Source of the DNA: Peptoniphilaceae bacterium
GTDB taxonomy: Bacteria > Bacillota > Clostridia > Tissierellales > Peptoniphilaceae
Direction of reading: 5' to 3'
Length of the DNA stretch: 63,665 nt
Assembly: GCA_029983595.1 (NCBI GenBank)
Contig: JASBZD010000001.1
Location: 1 to 63,665, forward strand
Part shown: positions 56,609-63,665 of the stretch, in pieces
How the letters are laid out: each line of letters starts with the position of its first letter
Numbering within the stretch: position 1 is the first letter of the stretch
Notes under the pieces: generated by a model
Told to the model about the DNA's origin: nothing
Database searches by the model: none
What the model saw: the letters and a program-made list of their open reading frames with translations, nothing else
Translations under genes and position numbers: made by a program

Positions 56609-56685
56609 GCATCCGTAACTCAACTGGATAGAGTAACTGGCTTCGAACCAGTAAGCTGGGGGTTCGAGTCCCTCCGGGTGTACCA
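56609..56685 (+). tRNA. tRNA-Arg(TCG)
   Basis: ACTGG-CTTCGAA-CCAGT anticodon arm, GGTTCGAGTCC, encoded CCA. Confidence 0.95.
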
Positions 56686-56693
56686 TTTTATTT

Positions 56694-56736
56694 GCTAGCG
56701 ATATATTATACATTAATTATATTGCTAGTTTTTTTT
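56694..56736 (+). terminator. intrinsic terminator after tRNA-Arg
   Basis: GCTAGCGATATA..TATATTGCTAGT then T run. Confidence 0.7.
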
Positions 56737-56779
56737 AATCAAATATACTTCTATTTTATTATAAAATATGGTATTATAC

Positions 56780-57067
56780 TATATGATAAATGTATTTTAG
56801 GTGGTTGCCAATTCCATAATTGGTAGTTTTTATCTGATGCCTATATATGCGATTAAGAGCCTGGTAGATTCCTGATGTGGCGTCTTCAAAGGCTAAAAAG
56901 GGTACATAGAAGCTCAGATGTTTTACAAGAAAAACAATCATACAAAAAAGCATCAACACCATCAATAGATTGCAAGTACGAAGGTTTATCCTTACGACCA
57001 TAAGCAGTCTTTTTTTGTGGTCGTATAAAGAACCCTCGTCAAAAAACAATGAGGAGGTGTCTATAAA
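56780..57067 (+). promoter_or_regulatory. long structured 5' leader of YitT gene (unassigned cis-regulatory RNA candidate)
   Basis: GC-richer than other spacers; several stems, including TACGACCATAA/TTGTGGTCGTA and CCTCGT/ATGAGG overlapping the RBS. Confidence 0.55.
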
Positions 57068-57727
57068 ATGCTTTATCAATTTTTTAAGTGGTTAGGTATA
57101 ACTAAAAAAGGATTTAAAAATATTATACTAGGTTGTGCACTTATGGCATTTGTTGTAGTAAATATTCATATACCTAATAAAATAACAGAAGGTGGAATTT
57201 TAGGACTAACATTATTTTTAAAAAATATTTTTAATTTAAACCCAGCGATAATAACTCCTATTTTTGATATTAGTTGTTTTTTATTTGCATTTACCTTGTT
57301 TGGAAAATCTTTTTTGAAAAAAACTGCAATAGCATCTATCTCTTTTGCTATATTTTATGAGATATTTCTTAAGCTTGGACCTATTATGCCTAGTATGTAT
57401 AACGTGCCATTAACAGCTTCTATTTTAGCAGGATTAGGTATTGGTGTAGGTTGTGGTTTAGTTATTAGACAAGGAGGAGCATGTGGAGGAGATGATGCAC
57501 TGGCAATGATTATTTCTAAAAAAACTAGCTTATCGATTTCTAAATCTTATTTTTTATCTGATTTAGTTGTTTTACTTTTTTCACTTGTCTATATTCCTTA
57601 TACAAGAATAATTTATTCTCTTATAACTACAGCTATTTCATCATATGTGGTAGATAAAGTTTCTCTTTTTAATACTAATTATTCTTCTGTTAAAACTTTA
57701 AAAAATAATAAATATATTAATGTTTAA
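57068..57727 (+). CDS. YitT-family membrane protein
   Basis: ITEGGILG, GIGVGCGLV..GGACGGDDALA, SDLVVL; multiple TM helices. Confidence 0.88.
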   Translation: MLYQFFKWLGITKKGFKNIILGCALMAFVVVNIHIPNKITEGGILGLTLFLKNIFNLNPAIITPIFDISCFLFAFTLFGKSFLKKTAIASISFAIFYEIFLKLGPIMPSMYNVPLTASILAGLGIGVGCGLVIRQGGACGGDDALAMIISKKTSLSISKSYFLSDLVVLLFSLVYIPYTRIIYSLITTAISSYVVDKVSLFNTNYSSVKTLKNNKYINV

Positions 57728-57807
57728 ATATAGATATTTATTAAATCTTAATTTATATTTATGCTATAATATAAGAAATAATTATTATTCATTTAAAAGG
57801 AGACTTT

Positions 57808-59097
57808 ATGAATATATTAGAATTTAATAACGTTACAAAAAATATTTTTAATTTTGATATAAAACCTACTAATATTTACTTAAAAAGTAGAGAAATACTA
57901 GGTATTCTTGGTCTAAAAGGTTCAGGAAAAACTACTCTATGTAATTTAATTTTGAATTTTTATAGACCTAAAACTGGCTCTATAACTGTTTTTGGTATGG
58001 ATTCAGTTAAAGATTCAAAACAAATTAAAATGGATTTAGGTGTAATACCTGAATCTACATGGTTTGATGAAAATATAAAACCAATGACTTATATAAGAAA
58101 CTCTCAAAAAATTAGAGGAGTTAATGATAAAGAAGAGATTAAATATCTCTTAGACTATTTTGATTTAAAGCTACCTAGAAAAGTTACTGAAATGAACTTA
58201 TTAGAGCTAAAAAAACTCTCTATAGTCGCTGCATTATCATCTAATCCTAAGCTAATTATAGTAGATGAACCTGATTCAATACCTGATTCAGCTACTAGAA
58301 TGAAGTTTTTTAATATACTTGATGAAAAGAATAGAGAAGGAGCTTCAGTTTTAATTTTTAGTTCTAATTTAAGAGAGGCGCAAAGTATCTGCCAAAACAT
58401 ATATTTTCTAGATAAAGGCGAGATTATAAAACAAGAAAACCAGAGAAATAAATTATCTAATGATAAAATTCTAAAATTTTATGATACTGATGTAGATAAA
58501 GAAATTATTGAAAAAACTGGTGCAAAACTCGTTAAAACCGGCGATGAAACTGCATATTATTTTAGTGGTCCATTAAATAGTTTATCTGAAGCTATATATA
58601 GATCAAGTTTAATAGACTATACTTTAGAAGACTCAAATCTTGCTGAAAAGATTACTATTTTAAAGAAAGATAGACTATATGGAATTGATACTGATAATCA
58701 GGTAGAAATAATAGATGAAAATACTGATGATAAAGAATCTGTTATGATTAATAATAACGAAGATAACGTTGAATCTGATATAAGTAATGAAAACACTGTG
58801 ATTATAAATTATAATGAAGAAGAACTAAATGATCTTATAGAAATACCAGAAGATAATAAAAATTCTAATAATGTTATAGATCATGAAATAAAAGATAATG
58901 AATTAAATAATGATGATTATATAAAAAATGAAAATAAATCAGATGATACTATAATTATTAAACAAAGCGGCAATTCTTCTAATGTTATTATTAAAGATAT
59001 TAAAGAATCTAGTGATATAAAAAAAATAGAAGATAAAAGTGATAACAATTTGGATGAGAATTTAAATCCTAAAGATATAGAAGGGGAGGAAATATAA
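57808..59097 (+). CDS. ABC transporter ATP-binding-like protein (degenerate motifs) with acidic tail
   Basis: GLKGSGKTT Walker A and IIVDEP Walker B present; signature and H-loop altered. Confidence 0.82.
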   Translation: MNILEFNNVTKNIFNFDIKPTNIYLKSREILGILGLKGSGKTTLCNLILNFYRPKTGSITVFGMDSVKDSKQIKMDLGVIPESTWFDENIKPMTYIRNSQKIRGVNDKEEIKYLLDYFDLKLPRKVTEMNLLELKKLSIVAALSSNPKLIIVDEPDSIPDSATRMKFFNILDEKNREGASVLIFSSNLREAQSICQNIYFLDKGEIIKQENQRNKLSNDKILKFYDTDVDKEIIEKTGAKLVKTGDETAYYFSGPLNSLSEAIYRSSLIDYTLEDSNLAEKITILKKDRLYGIDTDNQVEIIDENTDDKESVMINNNEDNVESDISNENTVIINYNEEELNDLIEIPEDNKNSNNVIDHEIKDNELNNDDYIKNENKSDDTIIIKQSGNSSNVIIKDIKESSDIKKIEDKSDNNLDENLNPKDIEGEEI

Positions 59098-59921
59098 TGT
59101 CAATTTTCTCTAATGAATTTAATTATAATACTAATAAAATGATAGCTTGGTTTGTGGTAATTATTTTATTAACTTCTATGTTTTTATTTGCATTTCCTAT
59201 TTTGACAGATCCAACTATTCAGCCATTTATCTATAATAATATTAATAGAATTCCGGAAAAATTAACTAGTATTTTATTACCATTTGGACCAGATACTTTT
59301 AATAATATAGATAGTTTCTTTAATACTATTATGTTATTTACTCAGTTCTTACTTTCAATATTTGCTCTTAGCTTAGGTCTGATATCTGTAGCACGTGAAC
59401 AAGGATTTGGAACTATAGATTTATTATATATAAATCCTGTTAGTAGGAAAGAGATAGTAATTAAAAAATTTATTGCAAATATCATACTTTTATTAATTAT
59501 TAATATACTCATAGATATTATAGCTACATTTATATATATCTATCTATCTGAATCTCAAATAATGGATTCAATAAACAACAACCTTATTTTATATATTTCT
59601 ATATTTCTAGAGACAATTTTATTTCTTAGTATAGGTACTATGATATCTTGTCTATCTAGAAGAACTGCTTATATGGGATTAATTGGACTTATTATAGTTG
59701 CAGGATTTTTAGCATTATATGTATCAATATCTACTAATATATTGCCGATAAATAATTCATCTATAAGAGCATTAATTCCTTATAATACTACAATAGAAGT
59801 ATTAAAGAACACTGATTTAATATTGAATATAGTTATTCTATCCTTATCTAAATTGGTACCGGCAATAATATTTTTAATACTTGGAAAATTATATTATAAT
59901 AGGAAAGATTTAATTGTTTAA
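59097..59921 (+). CDS. ABC-2 type permease subunit
   Basis: About 6 TM helices, AREQGFGTIDLLYINPVSR, terminal YNRKDL. Confidence 0.85.
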   Translation: MSIFSNEFNYNTNKMIAWFVVIILLTSMFLFAFPILTDPTIQPFIYNNINRIPEKLTSILLPFGPDTFNNIDSFFNTIMLFTQFLLSIFALSLGLISVAREQGFGTIDLLYINPVSRKEIVIKKFIANIILLLIINILIDIIATFIYIYLSESQIMDSINNNLILYISIFLETILFLSIGTMISCLSRRTAYMGLIGLIIVAGFLALYVSISTNILPINNSSIRALIPYNTTIEVLKNTDLILNIVILSLSKLVPAIIFLILGKLYYNRKDLIV

Positions 59922-59926
59922 ATTAT

Positions 59927-59965
59927 AAAAAGCTAGTCAAACTTTACTGACTAGCTTAATTTTTT
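59927..59965. terminator. bidirectional terminator between convergent genes
   Basis: AAGCTAGTCA..TGACTAGCTT flanked by A and T runs. Confidence 0.8.
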
Positions 59966-60738
59966 ATATCATCAATAATATCTTCTATTTTAATTTCAAG
60001 TCCTTTCAAAAGATTTGGATAAGCTCTAAGAATTCTCTTCTCTCCAAATCCCTTAAATTTTTCTTTAAATTCTTTATTTCTATCATCGAATTCTTTAAAT
60101 TTTTCAGTACTTTCAAGTTTTTTCTTTTTATCAATTGCCTCAAATGTTCTGTCAGCGACTTTTATTCCAATATCATCAGATAACTTTCTAATAGCTTCAT
60201 TAGTTTTTTCTATTTCTTTAAACTTTTTATTTAAGCCAAAAAGTGTCATAATTGTAGCAATAAAATCAGATAAAAAAATTATAAAGAAAACTATATTTAA
60301 AATAACTAATATATTATACGGGATTTTCCCAATTGATAATACAATTAAAGGATGTATAGCTTCATATAATATAAAACTGATAGCGCCCCAGATTAATGAG
60401 AATTCAAGACAGATATAGCCTTTATAATTAAATTTTTTATCTGAATAATCCCACCATCTTTTATTAAATAATTTTTCAAGTATAAATCCGGTTATAAGTT
60501 CTAATATGGTAGCAATTATCATAGAATAAATAAATAATTTTATTTTATTATCTGCATGGGTATCAGCTATTAGATGTAAAATTGATAATGCGCCAAATCC
60601 ATAAATAGGGCAGTATGGACCATTTAAAAAGCCTCTATTTATAAATCTAGCCTTTGTGATTACATGAAATGAAACTTCAATAATCCATCCTAAAAAAGAA
60701 TATATAAAAAAGTAAGCAAAGTAATAAAGATAAGACAT
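59956..60738 (-). CDS. putative ABC transporter permease-like membrane protein (CmpB/DUF1113 type)
   Basis: YSFLGWIIE, NRGFLNGPYCPIYG, WWDYS..FNYKGYIC. Confidence 0.85.
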   Translation of the reverse strand: MSYLYYFAYFFIYSFLGWIIEVSFHVITKARFINRGFLNGPYCPIYGFGALSILHLIADTHADNKIKLFIYSMIIATILELITGFILEKLFNKRWWDYSDKKFNYKGYICLEFSLIWGAISFILYEAIHPLIVLSIGKIPYNILVILNIVFFIIFLSDFIATIMTLFGLNKKFKEIEKTNEAIRKLSDDIGIKVADRTFEAIDKKKKLESTEKFKEFDDRNKEFKEKFKGFGEKRILRAYPNLLKGLEIKIEDIIDDIKN

Positions 60739-60753
60739 CTAAATCACCCTAAT

Positions 60754-61371
60754 CTAGAAATTTCTATATAGTCCTATTATATGGCCTAGTACTTCTACGT
60801 GATTAGTATAAATCGGCTCCATAGAATCATTTTCTGGTTGCAATCTATAGTGATCTCCATCATAATAAAATCTCTTAACAGTTGCGAATTCATCTATTAA
60901 GGCTAATACAATATCACCATTTTTTGCAGTATTTCTTTTTTCTATCAGTACATAATCCCCATCTAAAATTCCTGCATTAATCATACTTTCCCCAGAAATA
61001 CGTAACATAAATAGATCTTTATCTTTAGCTAGATAAGAGGGAATAGGGAATGTATCTTCTATATTCTCAACAGCAAATATAGGCTCACCAGCAGTAACCT
61101 TTCCTAAAAGAGGTACATCAATTGTTTCTTTTTTTCCTAATATCCCATCTGAATCTTGGTCTTTTAAAGCAATAGTTCTATTTTTCATGGAAGTTTTAAC
61201 GATATAATCCTTCTGTTCTAATCGTTCTAGATAGCCATGGACAGAAGATGGGCTTTTTAATCCTACACCTTCACAAATTTCTCTTATAGAAGGAGGGAAG
61301 CCTTGTTTGCTTATTACATCTTTTAAAAAAAATAAAATTTCTAATTCTTTGTTAGTTAAATCATCATACAT
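60754..61371 (-). CDS. lexA: SOS repressor LexA
   Basis: FPPSIREI, VTAG cleavage site, GESM, ATVKRFY; ATG 61371 after AGGTG. Confidence 0.96.
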   Translation of the reverse strand: MYDDLTNKELEILFFLKDVISKQGFPPSIREICEGVGLKSPSSVHGYLERLEQKDYIVKTSMKNRTIALKDQDSDGILGKKETIDVPLLGKVTAGEPIFAVENIEDTFPIPSYLAKDKDLFMLRISGESMINAGILDGDYVLIEKRNTAKNGDIVLALIDEFATVKRFYYDGDHYRLQPENDSMEPIYTNHVEVLGHIIGLYRNF

Positions 61372-61418
61372 ATAAATCACCTACTTTATTGTATATTAAC
61401 ACATTTTTAGAAAAACAA

Positions 61419-61509
61419 CAAACAAAAGTTCAATTTTATAAAAAATACCGAACAAATGTATTGACAAAAAACAAATGTTTGTGTACTATATGTATAGAAC
61501 AAGTGTTTT
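61419..61509. promoter_or_regulatory. four LexA (Cheo-like GAAC-N4-GTTC) boxes overlapping the yneA promoter
   Basis: CAAACAAAAGTTCA 61419, CGAACAAATGTATT 61449, AAAACAAATGTTTG 61468, AGAACAAGTGTTTT 61496; TTGACA(61461)-17-TACTAT(61484). Confidence 0.82.
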
Positions 61510-61524
61510 ATAAAGGTGGTAATT

Positions 61525-61824
61525 ATGAAATATAAAATTAGAAGAATAGTTTGTTTATTGTTATTAATTGTATTTTCATTAGGAGTAACAACTGTAAATA
61601 ATGAATCTAAATTCACAATAAAATCTAATAATTTAACTGAAGACATCTCAGTAGTCGTTCAAAATGGGGATACAATATGGGATATAGTTGAATCATACTA
61701 TAATGATATTAATAAGCCATTTTATGCTGATAAAAGATATGTTGTAAATTATGTTTCAGATTATAATAATGGAAGTGATCTAAAGATAGGTCAAACAATA
61801 CTTATACCTAAAGATATAAAATAA
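61525..61824 (+). CDS. yneA: YneA-like SOS division inhibitor (TM helix plus LysM)
   Basis: N-terminal TM, VVQNGDTIWDI..LKIGQTILIP; divergent from lexA under SOS boxes. Confidence 0.78.
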   Translation: MKYKIRRIVCLLLLIVFSLGVTTVNNESKFTIKSNNLTEDISVVVQNGDTIWDIVESYYNDINKPFYADKRYVVNYVSDYNNGSDLKIGQTILIPKDIK

Positions 61825-62790
61825 CTATATCTTTAGGTTTAATTCTTTAATTGGGTTTAATTCTACTGCTTTTGCTATTCGTTCTTCATCTACATGAGTA
61901 TAAATTTGGGTAGTTGATACGCTTTCATGGCCCAATATAACCTGTAGTGTACGAATATCTATATCTCCATATTTATAAAGTAGGGTAGCTGCAGTATGTC
62001 TAAGAGAGTGTGGAGAGTATTTTCCTCCTAGTCCACATTTTTTTAGATACTTCTCTAGCATATATTGAACTCCTCGTGTCCCTAGAAAGTTATCGCCTTT
62101 TTTATTAAGGTATAAATAGTCTAGATCGCTATCTGGCCTTATATTTAAATAATCAGATATAGTATCTAAAACCGCATTATTCAAATATACTACTCGTTCT
62201 TTATTACCTTTACCTATAATTCTTATAGAGTTTTTATTCTTATTAAAATCAGTTAATTTTATATTTACAAGCTCCGATAATCTTAGACCAGTATTTAAAA
62301 ATAACATTACAATTGAAAAATCTCTATAACGATAAAAATCATCTTCATTTTCTAGAATACTCTTTAATAATTTATTTACTTCTTCTAATTCTAAATAATG
62401 AGGAAGTCTTTTAGGTATTTTAGGACCATCTATTAAACTCATAGGATTTTCATCTATTACAGCTATAACTTTATACATATAATTATAAAAACTTCTTAAT
62501 GATGAAAATTTACGTGATCTAGTGGATGAAGAATTATTTAAGTTTTTATCAGTATAATTAATATAAGCGATTAAATCACGTACATCAATAGTATTAACGA
62601 AAGATTCATCAATATCTTTTATATCTAGATCTGATATTTTATCTATACTAATATCTAAGTTATTCTTTCTATATTTCATAAATTGAAGAAAGTTTATAAC
62701 ATCTAACTCGTAATTTTTTATTGTGTTTGATGAATGGTCCTTAATAGATTCTAAATAAGAGACCCAATCATTTATAATTAAATTTCTCAT
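61825..62790 (-). CDS. Xer-family tyrosine recombinase
   Basis: SAM-like N domain; TGLRLSEL, GKGNKER, HSLRH, LGH, TTQIYTH all intact; ATG 62790 after AAAGGA. Confidence 0.92.
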   Translation of the reverse strand: MRNLIINDWVSYLESIKDHSSNTIKNYELDVINFLQFMKYRKNNLDISIDKISDLDIKDIDESFVNTIDVRDLIAYINYTDKNLNNSSSTRSRKFSSLRSFYNYMYKVIAVIDENPMSLIDGPKIPKRLPHYLELEEVNKLLKSILENEDDFYRYRDFSIVMLFLNTGLRLSELVNIKLTDFNKNKNSIRIIGKGNKERVVYLNNAVLDTISDYLNIRPDSDLDYLYLNKKGDNFLGTRGVQYMLEKYLKKCGLGGKYSPHSLRHTAATLLYKYGDIDIRTLQVILGHESVSTTQIYTHVDEERIAKAVELNPIKELNLKI

Positions 62791-62813
62791 AATATCCTTT
62801 TTAATTATCATTA

Positions 62814-62841
62814 GTGTCGTATAATTATTATTATACGACAT
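62814..62841. other. palindromic 11-6-11 dif/lox-like site upstream of the recombinase
   Basis: GTGTCGTATAA-TTATTA-TTATACGACAT; 10-bp perfect arms. Confidence 0.6.
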
Positions 62842-62858
62842 AGTTCAAATTATTTCAA
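62830..62858 (-). promoter_or_regulatory. sigma-A promoter of the recombinase gene
   Basis: Minus strand TTGAAA (62858-53), 17 nt, TATAAT (62835-30). Confidence 0.75.
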
Positions 62859-62875
62859 ATAAAAATCTCCACAAT

Positions 62876-63664
62876 TCAATGTGAAGATTTATCTAAATCT
62901 ATATGTCCCTTCTCTATTAAGTCTCTTAAAGATATATATATAGCCAGTTTTATTTGGTCATATGATAATCCACCTTGATAATATACAAAATATGGATCTC
63001 TTAAAGGACCATCAGCACTCATTTCTATAGACGATCCGTCAACGAATCCACCAGCAGCCATTATAATATCATTATTATAGCCTGGCATTGGACTAGGTTC
63101 TGGAGAGACGTGTGAATCTACAGCAGATGCTTCTTGTATAGATTTACAAAAGCTTATTACTATTTCTGGATTATTAAATCTAATAGCTTGTACTATGTCA
63201 TATCTTTTGTCATCATATTTCGGTATAGTATTAAATCCAAGGTCATTATATACTTTACCTAGTAAAATCGCCCCTTTTAGAGCTTCTGAAACTACTAATG
63301 GAGCTAAAAATAAACCTTGTAAAGTAGTCCTTGTAGTTCCAAATGTAAGTCCTACTTCTTTTTCCAAACCTGGAGCGAATAACCTTCTAGATATTAACTG
63401 CACTAATCTTTCTTTACCAGTTATATATCCACCAGAATTAGCTATTCCACCGCCAATATTTTTAATTAGAGATCCAGCTATAATATCAGCTCCTACTTCT
63501 GTAGGTTCCCTATAATCAGTAAACTCGCCATAACAATTATCTACAAATATTATAATATTTGGATGTTTTTCTTTAATTAATGATATAGCTCTTTCCATTT
63601 CATCTATTGATATAGCTTTTCTATCACTATAACCTGTAGATCTTTGAATAGCTAGAAGTTTAGT
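62876..63664 (-). CDS. YnbB-like PLP enzyme (methionine gamma-lyase / aluminium-resistance family), 5' truncated
   Basis: Frame open to the window edge (IQRSTGYS); FVDNCYGEF, AGSLIKNIGGG, SIEMSADGP, YYQGGL. Confidence 0.9.
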   Translation of the reverse strand, partial: TKLLAIQRSTGYSDRKAISIDEMERAISLIKEKHPNIIIFVDNCYGEFTDYREPTEVGADIIAGSLIKNIGGGIANSGGYITGKERLVQLISRRLFAPGLEKEVGLTFGTTRTTLQGLFLAPLVVSEALKGAILLGKVYNDLGFNTIPKYDDKRYDIVQAIRFNNPEIVISFCKSIQEASAVDSHVSPEPSPMPGYNNDIIMAAGGFVDGSSIEMSADGPLRDPYFVYYQGGLSYDQIKLAIYISLRDLIEKGHIDLDKSSH

Positions 63665-63665
63665 G

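Noticed and set aside
56800..56900. SAM-I, c-di-AMP, THF, purine riboswitch, T-box or 6S identity for the leader
   Set aside because: Only isolated 6-10 nt similarities (e.g. TGCCAATTCC); the other required conserved segments are missing.
56978..57050. PreQ1-I riboswitch resemblance (CGAAGGTT..CCCTCG..AAAAAAC)
   Set aside because: P1 needs a bulge, the loop is ~45 nt with an inserted hairpin, and the UUCR loop and AACUA tail are absent; needs an Infernal test.
56774..57079. 101-aa minus-strand ORF across the YitT leader
   Set aside because: No motif or convincing RBS, and it overlaps the YitT start; the region is better explained as a + strand leader.
56609..62790. Genomic island integrated at tRNA-Arg with the tyrosine recombinase as integrase
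   Set aside because: No duplicated tRNA 3' end seen, no phage or conjugation genes, and the interval includes core genes lexA and yneA.

Overview
AT-rich core-chromosome segment of an anaerobic Firmicute; Tissierellia/Peptoniphilaceae-like, inferred from gene content and synteny only. From 1 to ~59.9 kb every real gene lies on the + strand: rluA-type synthase, addAB-like pair, tRNA-Thr, secG, membrane pyrophosphatase, hydrolase-murF-ddl, trmL, trxB, pstSCAB-phoU-phoPR, uppS-cdsA-rseP-ispG-polC, rimP-nusA-ylxR-infB-rbfA-DHH-truB-ribF, deoD, pcrA-ligA-gatCAB, rpsO-pnp, Asp23-fakA-recG, rsmD-coaD, ychF, tRNA-His/Leu/Arg, YitT and an ABC pair. After that the genes are mainly on the - strand: a membrane protein, lexA (divergent from a yneA-like gene), a Xer-type recombinase and an ynbB-like gene. 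No prophage, IS or CRISPR array was seen. Best leads: (1) a symmetric dif/lox-like 11-6-11 site over the promoter of the Xer-type recombinase, near the strand switch, as a candidate single-recombinase dimer-resolution module; (2) a GatA lacking its Lys/Ser/Ser glutaminase triad, with matching divergence in GatB, suggesting a free-ammonia-dependent GatCAB; (3) a ~290-nt structured leader before the YitT gene with a His-rich uORF and mutually exclusive RBS-sequestering stems; (4) a degenerate ABC ATPase with a long acidic tail. All motif comparisons were made by eye against remembered family consensus; no searches were run.
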